Below are positions 1 to 14,003 of a stretch of DNA of 64,000 nucleotides, in pieces; the first letter of the stretch is position 1; each line of letters opens with the position of its first letter. Source of the stretch: Octopus vulgaris (lineage: Eukaryota); contig OX597835.1 in the NCBI GenBank assembly GCA_951406725.2, positions 38,936,001 to 39,000,000 on the forward strand. The letters are read 5' to 3'. Under the pieces are notes generated by a model that did no database searches, had not been told where the DNA came from, and saw nothing but the letters and a program-made list of their open reading frames with translations. The position numbers and the translations under genes were made by a program.

Positions 1-59
1 AAAATGCTTATATAGTTATTTCCCTTACAAATCCGAGCAACGCCGGGCGATACTGCTAG
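1..59 (+). mobile_element. 3' end of a Helitron-type non-autonomous element (truncated by window edge)
   Basis: Subterminal GC hairpin CCGAGC-AAC-GCCGG about 10 nt before a terminal CTAG (56-59) followed by T. Confidence 0.6.
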
Positions 60-579
60 TTATTAATAAACGAAGACGATTTTTTACATATAGTCTTTCT
101 AAATTTTTAACTTTAAAATAGAATTCTTTTAAACTTGTCATGAAAGCATTTGTTTGGTGCAGTGGTTGTTTAATCTTGTTAACTGTACTATTTGTGAGAA
201 GCTAATCTGAAGAAAGCCTTTTTTTTTTTCAAGAACCCGTTCACATTTTAGCATCAACATCATATCAAGTATTTTTCTTAAGAAATACCATAAAGCTTAA
301 GTCTCTTCTCTTAAGGAATTAACAACCTCTTCTTTGAGGTTTATTTAGTTTCACTCATTTGTTCTATGGATTTTTACGCATATTATTACGTTCATACCCT
401 TTTCAAAATCCAACATGTCATCGAGTCTCCTGTTAGACGATGTTCGAGGTTACAGTGGTCTTTTCCGTAGGCTTTTCTTTCCACGAATAAACCTTACCTG
501 CTTCCCCCTTTCCACTTTACATCACGACATTTCTGTGATACACGATCACTATTGATAGTTTTTTTTTAATTCTTTGGTC

Positions 580-788
580 TTTACTCTTTTACTTGTTTCA
601 GTCATTTGACTGCGGCCATGCTGGAGCACCGCCTTTAGTCGAGCAAATCGACCCCAGGACTTATTCTTTGTAAGCCCAGTACGTATTCTATCGGTCTCTT
701 TTGCCGAACCGCTAAGTGACGGCGACGTAAACACACCAACATCGGTTGCCAAGCAATGCTAGGGGGACAAACACAGACACACAAACAT

Positions 789-821
<33 letters not shown>

Positions 822-973
822 CATATATACGACGGGCTTCTTTCAGTTTCCGTCTACCAAGTCCACTCACAAGGCTTTGGTCGCTATAGTAGAAGACACT
901 CGCCCAAGGTGCCACGCAGTGGGACTGAACCCGGAACCATGTAGTTGGTAAGCAAGCTACTTATCACACAGCC
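580..973 (-). mobile_element. SINE family A (tRNA-like head, CORE-like CCTTGGGCAAGT block, internal (TA)n(TG)n)
   Basis: Reverse complement of the copies at 9941 and 23469. Confidence 0.9.
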
Positions 974-1460
974 TGATCGAAAACCTACCCCACTTTTTTT
1001 TTCTCCCCAAAAAGAAAAGCTCTATTTTGTAATTTGTCCCGTCTGTGTGCAGCCCTGTGTAGCTAATAAAGAAACATATGGTATTGCTCATAGTAACCTT
1101 AAGCCAGTTCTTTGTGCTTGATGAGGGAAGTTTTTCCCTTCTCAATTATCGTTCGCCTCTGATGAGCACGACAATGAGGAGAAGACAGTTTCAATTTTTT
1201 CTATGTCCATTCACGGAATTGCAAGAATTGCTGCCAAAGAAACCACTGTAGAAGTAACTATTGTTCTCACTTCCAGAGCTGCTGCTGTTGTTATTCGTAA
1301 TGTCTTTGATTCCGACCGCTTCCCTCATTTTTTTTCATCTGCTCTTTGTTCTTCAGGACTACCTCTTAGGTGATCTATACTATGACATCAGTAGCAACTA
1401 GGCCTTCTGCTCGATCCCACTCGTGTGACAGTTCAACATTCGGTAATCATTGGGGCTTGA

Positions 1461-1693
1461 AAGGCGGCGAGCTGGCAGAATCGTCAGCACGCCGGGCGAA
1501 ATGCTTTGCGGTATTTCGTCTGCCGTTACGTTGTGAGTTCAAATTCCGCCGAGGTCGACTTTGCCTTTCATCCTTTCCGGGCCGATAAATTAAGTACCAG
1601 TTACGCACTGGGGTCGATGTAATCGACTTAATACCTATGTCTGTACTTATTTGTCCTCTCTGTGTTTAGCCTCTTGTGGGTAGTAAAGAAATA
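1461..1693 (+). mobile_element. SINE family B, full length, 19-bp TSD
   Basis: AAGGCGGCGAGCTGGCAG head, GAGTTCAAATTC B-box-like motif, TSD GGTAATCATTGGGGCTTGA at 1442-1460 and 1694-1712. Confidence 0.92.
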
Positions 1694-2018
1694 GGTAATC
1701 ATTGGGGCTTGAGTATCCACAGAGATGTCTCCATTTGAGCACATATTGCCACGAGTACATTTACCATCGCCATATGACCGTACTGTTCAGCAGCGATGAA
1801 GACAATTCAGAGGACTTGTAGCCTATTGTGGAAATGATGACAAGCACTTATACGGGTTTGGCAGGGCAGAAAATGCAGAGGCACTACATGGAGAAATAGC
1901 AATTTCATTATGCTGCAGTATACTTACGTAATTAAAGTGGACACATAAAAGCTAATGTGTATACACAGGCATAAGTTTGTGAAAGTGTCCACGAGTTAAT
2001 TTGTATGTGTATATACGT

Positions 2019-2255
<237 letters not shown>

Positions 2256-2656
2256 TGACCATGTACGACTTACTGGTGAATGGAACTCAAGGGAATATAG
2301 TTCCGATTTGTCGGTAGAACATCATAGGTATAGGAATTATTCTGGTTTCGGGATCCATTAGTTGTCGTCAGGGTCCGATGAAGCTTGCCTTCATGAAATG
2401 GAAAAACAAGCTTTCAGCCATAAAATTAAGAACGGTGAGGATAAACAACGCGAAATTAATTCCTCATTATTTCCCTGGTCCATCTCTCTTTCGCTCCCTT
2501 TCTAGCTCTCAGCAAAGATCGGTCGTGTGTGTGTGAATCTGTATGTATGTAAGTATATATGTAATATATGTATGCATACATGTATACATGTGAATATATC
2601 CATGTATATATATATATGTGTGCACACATACATGCAGACACACACGTGTTTGTCCC

Positions 2657-2790
2657 TTATAAATTGTTTCTACAAATAAATTAGAGAACTAACATTATAG
2701 GAATTTAAAATTCATAATAACGTAAGCAATTTATAGGGAGTTTGTATATATATTTGTTTGTATACGTATATACACACATTCACTTATTGT
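2657..2790 (+). repeat. ~130-bp diverged repeat, second copy at ~4926-5062
   Basis: Shared TTATAAATT...TTTATAGGGAGTTTGTA.ATATATTTGTTTG blocks. Confidence 0.7.
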
Positions 2791-2832
2791 CTCTTACTCT
2801 CTCATGCATACACATATGTACGCATGTATATG

Positions 2833-2896
<64 letters not shown>

Positions 2897-3079
2897 ATGT
2901 ACATATATATGAACACATAAATGTGTATACATATATATGTACATATATACATGTGTATACATATATATGTACATATATACATGTGTATACATATATATGT
3001 ACATATATGTATATATATATATATATATGTATATATTCATACATACATACATACATACATACATACATACATACATACA

Positions 3080-3110
<31 letters not shown>

Positions 3111-3132
3111 GCATACACACATTTTTCTTCTA

Positions 3133-3173
3133 TTCCTTTCTGTTAAAGAGCGTAGGCTCGAAACGTAAAAGAC
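3133..3173 (+). ncRNA. Minimal hammerhead-like motif (non-canonical, decayed core) in a ~150-bp dispersed repeat (3120-3260)
   Basis: CTGTTAA-A-GAGC gtag GCTC-GAAAC-GTA; homologous to 39052 and 41058. Confidence 0.4.
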
Positions 3174-3689
3174 TTTCTCATTTCCCCGGCGTCAAACTAA
3201 TAGACCTGCCTGTTGTTCATACACCTGTCTTCGTATTTTGCTTTCCTGTAAATTTGAAATGTTTTCGTATGTCAGGTGCGATGGATATTTGAAGACAATT
3301 ATATTACTCAGTTCAAACCAATTAAAAGATTTGTATTTCTATCAGATTCCTTAAGGTAGATGAAATGCTAACACAAAGGAATGAAAAGGAATGCAGTCAT
3401 TATTGCCACATGTACAGAACATATTGATCTAGCTATCGCCCACATTGTAAACCAAACTCGGAAGAAATGCATTGCGACATTTATTTCGGCACTTTACTCT
3501 CTGCGATCGAATTTCACAGATGTCATCTTTGCTATTCTTTGATCAGTGGTCGATAAAATACAACACCAGTTACTCACTAAACATGATGACATCGACTACC
3601 CCTTCACTTCAGTATTGCTGTACTTGTGCCTAACCTGATTTCAAATTTTTTTTCCGTGATCATATTAAAGTGATTGGCTGACCATCATA

Positions 3690-4090
3690 TTGGTCTCAAA
3701 TTTTGACACGAGGCCTGCAGTTTAGGTGGGGGGTGGGTAAGTCATTTACATCACTCCCTCAACAGGATTTGAACTCAAACTGTAAAGGTGAAGATGGACG
3801 AAATGCTACCTAACCTTAACCCTAACCCTAACGCTAACTTAGCATCTTACTTGGCATACTAACGATTCGGCCAACGTGCTGCCTTCACATCACATCAAAA
3901 ATTGATTTCAAATTCTGGCACAAGGCCAGCACTTTCAGGGGATGGGATAAGTCGATTACATTGCTCCCTTTGCTCAACTGGTAATTATTTTATCAACTCT
4001 TAAGGGATAAAAAGCAAAGTCGACCTCAGGATGTAAACACGGAGAAAATGCATTCTGTCCGGCCGATTCTGCCAACTCACTGCCTTAAAC
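3690..4090 (-). mobile_element. Two old, diverged SINE B-related copies; short (CCCTAA)-like tract at ~3808-3838
   Basis: AAGTCGATTACAT, AAAGTCGACCTC, GATTCTGCCAACTCACTGCCTT remnants. Confidence 0.65.
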
Positions 4091-4114
4091 TGCTGCCTAC
4101 ATTCGAAATATTTA

Positions 4115-4560
4115 TTAGATCCTCGTTGTTAAGGAGCTTGCTTTGTAACTAAGCGGGACTGGGTTCAATTCCACTGCGCGACTTGGGATAGTGTCTTCTG
4201 TTCTCACCTCGGGACCGATGAGTATCTCACGAGTGAACTTGGTAAAAGGAAACCTTTCATGAGTCCATGCGTGTATGTGTTTGTGTGTGTGTTTGTGTGC
4301 TTGTGTGTGTACGTGTGTGTGTGTGTGTGAAAAATGTATGTGTACCTGTGTTTGTACCCAACACCTCTTGGCTAGCGGTGTTGGTGTGTTCATGTCCCCG
4401 TAGCATAGCAGTTGGGCAAAAAAGACCGATAAAGTAAGTACTACTTTTTCTCAAATAAATAAGTACTGCGGTCGACTTGTTCGACCAAACAAAACTGCCC
4501 ATGTGTTGCTCCAGCATGGACGCAAAACAAAAGACTGAAACAAATTTAAAAAGAATAGAA
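4115..4560 (+). mobile_element. Diverged SINE family A copy
   Basis: GGGTTCAATTCCACTGCG, TG tract, GCTCCAGCATGG, GACTGAAACAA. Confidence 0.75.
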
Positions 4561-5060
4561 ACAAAAAAAATGACAGAATATGTTAAAATCTTTAAAAGGA
4601 ATTAGTGGAAACCTTCATTATGCTTTTAAATAGAATTATTCATTTGCGAATATTAATTTTCAATACGTCCTCCAGTCGTTATACAAACTGCAATACGATT
4701 CTGATGTTTAAAAATATGATTAACAACTACTTTTTAGTAAAACCCTGGAAAATATTGGAAATACAAACCCGGAAGTCATCCATAGAACGTGCTTCGATTG
4801 GGTAAACAGCAGTCTTTTACATGCTGGCTGTAAAATAAAGTTGAAATATTATTATTAAAATTCTTGGGCACGCTTACAATAAAGTTTTGATTGACGATAA
4901 TAAAATGGCTGGCTTTTAAATGTTCTTTATAAATTATTTCTGTCAAATAGAGAACGAAAATGATAGAAATTTAAATTTTATAATTTATTATTACGTAAGT
5001 ATTTTATAGGGAGTTTGTAAATATATTTGTTTGAACATAAATACACTCACTCGTTTTATC

Positions 5061-5108
<48 letters not shown>

Positions 5109-5291
5109 CTCTCTCTCTCTCTTTCTCTCTCTCACACGTACAGACATACATGTATGTAGATTAATATTTAGTTTTATTTGTAGAATTTTTTTGCCAATAA
5201 GAGCCGGTTTCTAACCTAGATCCAAGGCACATTCATTGGAATTTCAACATCAACAGAGTATGTATATATGTATGTATGTAGGTAGGTAATG

Positions 5292-5355
<64 letters not shown>

Positions 5356-5372
5356 TATATGTATATATACAT

Positions 5373-5429
<57 letters not shown>

Positions 5430-5454
5430 AATGATAATATATTATTATTATTGT

Positions 5455-5669
5455 TAAAGCAGCGAGCTGAATAGAATCTAGGTCACTCGGGACTAAATGC
5501 TTAGCGTCATTTCGTCCGTCTTTGCGTTCTCAGTTCAAATTCCGCCTATGCCGAAATTACCTCGCATCCTTTCGGGGTCGATGTCCGCCACCACCCCCGC
5601 CCCCCAAAAAAAAATTTCAGTCTTTTCCACTTTAGTAGAAAGAATTATTGTTGTTGTTGTCGTTGTTGT

Positions 5670-5701
<32 letters not shown>

Positions 5702-5885
5702 TTGTTGTTGGTTAAGGGATTTGTTTCTGTCTCTACGTTCTGGGCTAAAATTCCATTAAGGATCAATTTGCCTTTCACCTATTTCGGGGTCGATAGTGTA
5801 AGTATAAGTCAAATAATGAAGTCGATGTAACCGTCTTCCCCCTCCCCTCAAACACTGATTGGTCTGTGCCAAAATTTGAAACCAT
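5455..5885 (+). mobile_element. Two diverged SINE B-related copies separated by (GTT)n(GAT)n
   Basis: CGTTCTCAGTTCAAATTCCGCC and TTTCGGGGTCGAT motifs. Confidence 0.65.
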
Positions 5886-5899
5886 TATCAATAAACAAC

Positions 5900-6340
<441 letters not shown>

Positions 6341-7181
6341 TTGTTATTTATTGGGAAACTTTGACCATACATCTCTAAATGAGCTTAATGAATAACTGCT
6401 AATGACTTCTCGGTTTTCTAATTAATTAATTACTCTTAGGGGGTGTTATTTTCAAAGTTTGCCAAACAACTTTTTTTTATTCATATTTATCTTTTCAAAA
6501 AAATATTAATTACAAGTTTTATTTATAATTTTGTACATGTGCGTCGAAATCACAGTCAATTCTTATCAGCGCTAATTATTGGTTAATGAGGGTGGGGCGT
6601 TTCCTTTTGCATGCTCGTAGCTCCCCTGAACAGATTTAATTACGACCTTCTGTGTATCCAGAACCACACTAACACACATAGAATTATCATGAACACTCAG
6701 TTGCCTAACCAATATCTTTCCAAATCTATCAAGAATCGCCTGTATCATTCGTCACTTCAGCTATCTTTGACCCGGTGGCATTGATAAAGAACATTCATTG
6801 ATTTTTCGAGCCGTGGTGTGATTTCGTGTGTGTTTTGTGGATTTCAATTTCGATTTTTTTTTAAATTTTTTATTGTACTTGTTCTGCGAAAGTATTTTTT
6901 ATTTAGGATTTCAGTATGTTACAGTTCTAGACGGCAAAAAACAAAAATAAAGGAAAAAAACTTTGCCAATGTCTTGCATGCTTAAGGTTAGATGTCTTCG
7001 TCGAGGCTAATAAAGTGAGATAGTCCATTAGCTCTTTAGCTTCTAGAATTAGCAATCAATTCCTGTTTTTTTTTTCTTTCTTTATATTTATTTATTTTTG
7101 TTTGTTTTGGTTCTTTCTTCTTCCTTTCGGCAAACTATTATAAATTATAGCATATGTTCCTCAATTTACGGGCCTTGAAAG

Positions 7182-7232
<51 letters not shown>

Positions 7233-7286
7233 CATATATACATATATAATGTATATATATACACATGTACATATATAATGTAGATG

Positions 7287-7317
<31 letters not shown>

Positions 7318-8344
7318 TGTGTGTATATGTATATATGTATATATACATATATAATGTATATATACGTATATATATATATACCATGATGTATATTTATGTG
7401 CATATATATATGTATATATATATATATACACACACACATACATATACATGTGTATATATATATATGTGTATACAAATATATATATATATCGGTGTACGTG
7501 TATATACACACACATAAATATATACTTGTATAGAATGATCAAGAGAGAGAGAGAGAGCAAGTATGTGTATGTGTGTTTCCGTTTGTGTGTGTGTGTCTGT
7601 GTGTGTGTGTGTGTGCGCGCGCGTTTGTGTGCTGGAGAACGCTAAACCAAGCATGATGTAAATAATCACAGACTAATACTCCAATAAATGAGGACATAAA
7701 TTGCAATTCCTTCCTCCAGGTGGCACCGCTGTAGAAAGTCGACGATTAAAACGATCCATGTCGAATGGATATGGAAGTAAAGAAGCAGAGAAACCACAAG
7801 AAGGGTTGATGACTATATGCAAAATTGATTACGTAATCAGCCTAATTGGACGGTTCTTTCGAGGGAGCCATAGCTTTTGCTTTAAGAACTTTTACGTAGC
7901 AAATATCTCATAATGTCGTAAGTGTATGGAATAACAGCGGCCCTAAAGGCCACAACCGTATTGCTTTAAGAGAACAATTAAACGATAGGATTGTTCGAAA
8001 TCGAGTGGCAAGCATCATATATGTAGATGTGTACGCGGGGAGGAGAAAAAATAATTAATCCAGGGAAATACCTAAGATTAACCAAACTATGCCACATGAA
8101 TTTTCAGAATGATGCATAAATAGTATACAAGATAATTCTTTGTTTTTTTTGTGTTTTTTTTTAAATATGTTTGCTTCGAGAAAAATTTGACAAATAATTC
8201 CGCAGAATTATTGCCTGCTTAAGATTTCCTCCCCTTCTCATTCGGTGTGGTTTCCCATGCTGCTAGGTACTTGTTTTCTTTCTCTCCAAATCACAAAAAA
8301 TTTCAATAAATCAGGAATTTATCTGTTTTACAACTAAGAATACA

Positions 8345-9185
8345 TTTTTCTGTGTTATAAATATGTATATATATATATACTACAAAATTAGAAAATGGAG
8401 AAACATACTTAAATCAATAAAACATCAACTATCAGATGATACCCAATCAATACTTTATTACACCATTACATATCAGTAAAGGCATTATACAAAATATATA
8501 ATAGTAAATATAAATAGACAAGGAAATACAAATATAAAATATAAAATATAATATGTAATTATATCATATCTGACAGCTGTTTCGGCAGTAAGTGCAGTCA
8601 TACCTCATTTAACCTATAAGCCATAGAGGCAGGTATAAATGAGGCATTAACAAGGATGCCCCACGGCCTCTTCAGAGAATTTAATTTGTTATAATTGTGA
8701 AAAAATTATTTTTTCATATACATATAAATATAAAAATATAAAAATGTAAAATATAAAAACTTGTGCATAAACTCCATAATGCTACACATATATAATATAT
8801 ATAATACTCATTGATACAATAATGCAAGGTAAACAAAACAAAATAAAACAAAATATATATCAGTGTATATATTAATATTAATAAGCACAGTTATTTTACA
8901 TATTTGGCTAATAGTTCTAAAAACTAACACATAGGGAGATGTATGCGCACTACTATTTAAATTAAAATCATACCTATACCTGAAAATAATAATAAAAAAA
9001 CCATAGTTCAGTTCATAAAATTATAAACCTATAAAAGTCAATATAAATTACTGTTAATATTAATAACAATAATAATAATAGATACAGTTAAGTTTGCACC
9101 AAGTCCATCCATTCAAAATCGGAATAACTATGAGTTTAATAATTCCGTCCGCTTGATATTGATTATTCTAGATTAATTCGATTGG
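8345..9185 (-). mobile_element. 3' end / pseudo-LTR of a Penelope-like element
   Basis: Minus strand near 9131-9160 reads NIKRTELLNS, like the LNKRxEL end of Penelope GIY-YIG ORFs, followed by an AT-rich UTR with a hammerhead and a TA tract. Confidence 0.55.
8569..8678 (-). ncRNA. Type-I hammerhead ribozyme, canonical core, long stem II
   Basis: Minus: TCT-CTGAAGA-GGC...ATGCCTCATTTA...TAAATGAGGTAT...GCC-GAAAC-AGCT-GTC-AGA; palindromic stem III ACAGCTGT. Confidence 0.8.
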
Positions 9186-9703
9186 CTTGTAGTTTGAAAT
9201 TTGAATCACAAAAGAAATTTTACGGTTGGTTAGTCAAGAAACGCAAATACGCACACGCACATCCACAGATCAATCGCACATACATACATAATTATATGTA
9301 TACACACACACATACACTTATACACATACACATCCACAAGCAACCTCTAGCATAAAGATAAATAAAAAGGGGAGCAACTATACTGTCATCTAGTCTATCA
9401 AAATTATAACTATGCCTCAAATAACAAAAAAGATCCACTCATATATTTCCATAAAATATTTATTTCAAAGATTTATATATTTATATATCAATATATCACG
9501 ATGTCGGATGCTATTTCACTGGGTACCCTCCGTGTTTAACACCGGTTTTTATCATAGTCAACATAACGGTTACTAGATTTACCGTAATTAGTTATGATTC
9601 ATGTACGCTAAGTTATAAAGTATAGATTAATTTTTATATTATAAATATATATCACTTTTTTACTTATTAAATTTTATGCCATTATAAACAAGATTAGGCA
9701 TTA

Positions 9704-9740
<37 letters not shown>

Positions 9741-9940
9741 GTGTGCGTATCCATATATATGTATCTGTACACACACACAAATATACACATACACACATAT
9801 ATAGTTATATATAAATTAGAAAAAAAACACTATTATGTAATTCAAACAATGATAGGCGTAAATCACACCATATAGAAAAAATAAAATATATTTATCTAGA
9901 CCACAATAAAGTACATAATAAATTAACAGTATTAATTAAC

Positions 9941-10105
9941 AGGCGCAGGAGTGGCTGTGTGGTAAGTAGCTTGCTAACTAACCACATGGTTCCGGGTTCA
10001 GTCCCACTGCGTGGCATCTTGGGCAGGTGTCTTCTGCTATAGCCTCGGGCCGACCAAAGCCTTGTGAGTGGATTTGGGAGACGGAAACTGAAAGAAGCCT
10101 TCGTA

Positions 10106-10158
<53 letters not shown>

Positions 10159-10367
10159 GCTTGTGCGTTTGTGTTTGCCCCCCCTAGCATTGCTTGACAA
10201 CCAATGCTGGTGTGTTTACGTCCCCGTCACTTAGCGGTTCGGCAAAAGAGACCGATATAATAAGTACTGGGCTTACAAAGAATAAGTCCCGGGGTTCGAT
10301 TTGCTCGACTAAAGGTGGGGCTCCAGCATGGCCGCAGTCAAATAACTGAAACATGTAAAAGAAAGAG
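9941..10367 (+). mobile_element. SINE family A, full length
   Basis: A-box-like TGGCTGTGTGG, B-box-like GGTTCAGTCCC, internal (TA)n, A-rich tail. Confidence 0.92.
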
Positions 10368-10594
10368 TATATAATTAGTAAAGAGAATACGTACGTTTCG
10401 TGAGTATATCTTCAATTACCTCCATATATCTCCTCTCCTAATTCTTTCCTGGAGAATAACTTTGGCTTGAAACGTCAATGATTCCATCCGCTTTTCCTGA
10501 GAGTCAATTACGCCGTTGTTCACTCGCATATCTCTGCCTTTTATTTTTTGTTTTTGGTTTTTATATCATTTTGTTTTTGTACCATTCATATATA

Positions 10595-10848
10595 CTCTTT
10601 TATACTCTTTTACTCGTTTCAGTCATTTGACTGTGGCCAGGCTGGAGCACCGCCTTTTTAGTCGAGCAAATCGACCCCGGAACTTATTCTTTGTAAGCCC
10701 AGTACTTATTTTATCGGTCTCTTTTGCCGAACCGCTAAGTGGCGGGGACGTAGACACACAAACACACACACACACATATATATATATATATGCACACACA
10801 CATACATATGTATTTATACATACATACATACATACATACATACATACA

Positions 10849-10882
<34 letters not shown>

Positions 10883-11113
10883 CTCTTTTATTTGTTTCAG
10901 TCATTTAACTGCGGCTATGCTGGAGCACCGCCTTTAATCGAGCAAATGGACCCCAGGACTTATTCTTTGTAAGCCTAGTACTTATTTTTTCGGTCTGTTT
11001 TGCCGAACTGCTAAGTTACGGTGACGTAAATACACCAGCATCGGTTGTCAGACGATGTTGTGTGGGGTGGGGTGGGGTGGGTGGTAGACACACACAGACA
11101 CACAAACATATCA

Positions 11114-11151
<38 letters not shown>

Positions 11152-11318
11152 TACGACGGGCTTCTTTCAGTTTCCATCTACCAAATCCACTCATAAGTCT
11201 TTGGTCGGCCCAAGGCTATAGTAGAAGACACTTGCCAAAAGTGCCATGCAGTGAATCTGAACCTGGAACCATGTGGTTGGTAAGCAAGCTACTTACCACA
11301 CAGCCACTCCTTCGTCTA
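10595..11318 (-). mobile_element. SINE family A full copy (10884-11318) plus an extra 3'-half copy (10595-10790)
   Basis: Reverse-complement match to 9941-10367. Confidence 0.88.
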
Positions 11319-12047
11319 TATATCTTGCACCTATCACAAACAAACAGAGTCGTTTCGAAAGTCGGTCAAAAATGTAGTTTTAATTGTTATTTACTGCTCT
11401 CCGTTAACTTTGAAGAGCTCTTTCCTTCTCTACTCCACCCCTCTGTCTCTCTCTCTCTCTTTCTCTTTTTCTTTCTTTTTTTCCTTCTCTCACATATAAA
11501 AGCAAGACGTGTGTCCGACTTTGATCTCTTTCTCTGTTAATTAATGATAAATAAAGCATTATTACTAATAAAAGATGATACTCAAACACAAGACAATTTG
11601 ATATATGAACGAATGCATACGTTATGTACGTATACGGACACACACACTCACACATACACACACTCACACACATATATGTGCATATACATTTGTGCTTGCG
11701 TGCGTGCGTGTTACTAATGTCTCTGTGTTAGCCAGACTTATTGACCTTTAATTATTGTATGTCTCTGTTATTGGTAAGAGAGACTTGGTCACAACGTCTT
11801 TTGACTTTCGGCCGTCGATAGTTCAGTTCTAGCTTGAGTATTTCCTTGGAAACACTGACAGGGAGCAAAAACAATCGTAGATGAAGACACTTTAAGGTGA
11901 TCTGTGGGTGGTTCCAGGGCAGCGGGTGCGTATAGAACTCCATTGGATTGAAACCGCTCCTTCCTTGTCAGTAATAAAGTCATCACTCCTGTGTGGGAGG
12001 TTTCTGTGTATTCTAACAGGTCGATTAACCGTGAATATAGAGAACAT

Positions 12048-12340
12048 AGGTGCAGGAGTGGCTGTGTGGTAAGTAGCTTGCTTACCAACCACATGGTTCG
12101 GGGTTCATTCCCACAGCGTAGCACCATGGGCAAGTGTCTTCTACTATAGCCTCGGGCTGACCAAAGCCTTATGAGTGGAATTGGTAGACGGAAACTGAAA
12201 GAAGCCCGTCATATATATGTATATGTTTATGTATGTGAGTGTATATGTTTGTGTGTCTGTGTTTGTCCCCCCAACATCGCTTCACGACCGATGGTGGTGT
12301 GTTTACGTCCCCGTAACTTAGCGGTTCAGCAAAAGAGACT
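12048..12340 (+). mobile_element. SINE family A, 3'-truncated
   Basis: Head and internal TG tract match. Confidence 0.88.
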
Positions 12341-12737
12341 GTTTTGTTTTTGTTGTTGTTGTTGTTCTTGGTGGTGGTGAACCTGCTGTTAGTGGTAATG
12401 ATAATAGTGGTGCTGGTGCTGATGGAGGTCTTGTTGGTATTATGGTGTTGTTCTTGTTGCTGTTGTTGTTAGTGGTGGTAGCGATGGCCATTCGTGACCG
12501 AAGAATATCTTTACCTTTTGTTGCAGAATGATCGTTGTTATCTGTCCACGCTGATAAATTGTGCGTTTAACCGTTACCCTCTTGTCCAGTTGATTAGCTC
12601 TGACCAACGGCACCTGGATAGATTGTGTGTTAATAAGAGACTGGAATGCCTCCCGTATTTCAGTTACAGTTGACGGGTTCTCGCAAAGCATCCCATCAAT
12701 GAACTCCCGTTTTTGTCTTTATTGCCCTTCTTCTCTT

Positions 12738-12983
12738 AGATTTGCTTGTCAGTTGTTTGACCTTAACCAGTTGAGCATGTCCCTTAGTGGCTGACAGTAT
12801 GTGCATCTCTGATCACGAGCAGAAGTAGTGGGGGAGCATCATAGCCATGTGTTGAGAGGGATTCTTTGGGGTTTGAATAATTCACTTCTGGAAACATGGG
12901 TGTTTCGTTCAACATCCTTAAACAACCCTTATTCAGGGACCTTTTGAGCGGGATGGGTTACTCGAATAGAAGAAAATTCTAAT
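12738..12983 (-). mobile_element. Internal fragment of the repeat found at 56781-57330
   Basis: AGATTTGCTTGTCAGTTGTTTGACC...GAAAATTCTAA nearly identical to 56909-57153. Confidence 0.85.
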
Positions 12984-13308
12984 AGCAGTTGCGACCAATT
13001 GCTCGATTCACACAACTGAACGAAAAGCTTGTAGAAAATCTTGTAAACCTACTCTTTGACCGTGTAGCATGCGCCTCTCCCAATCTTTAAAACCCTTATT
13101 GTGATTTTGTAGTCGCCTTGCCCGCCCCCTTCTACTCAGACCCATCGGACAGCTCGTGTTGCCGCGTGTTTTAGCACATGGACCTTAGCTCCTGCAACGC
13201 AGTAGTCAAGGGCTAGTATGCTCGCTGGCACATTGGTAGCAATGATTTCGCTAATCGTTCCTTCAAGATTGCTCACTAGCTTCCCCTGCAATTCATTTCC
13301 CTCTCTCC

Positions 13309-13424
<116 letters not shown>

Positions 13425-13471
13425 TAAAAGCTGTCGATTCTGATTTGATCACTTTCTTGAGAACGTTCTAC

Positions 13472-13889
13472 GGAGCTTTTCGGTTTGAACGGCAGTTTTT
13501 TACCATAATTTCCACGTAACTAAACACTTTTAAACTTCGTATACTGGTAGAATGTGTTTATAAAATATCCTTTTCTCTTGGCTTTATAGAGAAAATTCTA
13601 TAGTTTGTAAGATATTTGTTGTTTTTTCTTCAATTTCTGCAATCTCAACCAATCAGTGACGTCTATTGAGGTAAAAACATTGTGCGCCTTATGAATATGT
13701 CCCTGGTTTAAGAAACAGATTGAGTTTATTTACATTTGTGAACAAAAAAAGGTACCCTTCCCCCCACCCCTAACCCTAACCCTAACTAACCTTAACCCTA
13801 AAACAGATTGAAATGCAATAGATCGATACTAGGGTCATAATTATGGGTGACAATTTCATATGACACCGCTAGAAAAACCGAAAAGATCC
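13472..13889. mobile_element. MITE with GGATCTTTTCGGTTTGAACGGCAG-type TIRs, 8-bp TSD and internal (CCCTAA)n; Merlin-like
   Basis: Perfect TSD CGTTCTAC at 13464-13471 and 13890-13897; GG...CC termini; telomere-like tract ~13768-13801. Confidence 0.8.
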
Positions 13890-14003
13890 CGTTCTACCAC
13901 CAATTGTTGATTATTGCCAGCGTCAACTGACGCTTAGCTAATTCACTGATCCAGTCCCTGTTGCCTTGGCGATGGTAGCGGCGGCGGCATAGCAAAATCT
14001 TTA

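Noticed and set aside
2921-3010. Three 30-bp repeats as a CRISPR-like array
   Set aside because: No spacers; higher-order TA/TG microsatellite in eukaryotic DNA
3808-3838. Telomere or fusion scar
   Set aside because: Only ~5 imperfect CCCTAA units inside an old SINE; the other TTAGGG tracts belong to the MITE
9535-9610. Hairpin next to ACCGGT palindrome
   Set aside because: Core nucleotides of a hammerhead are missing on both strands
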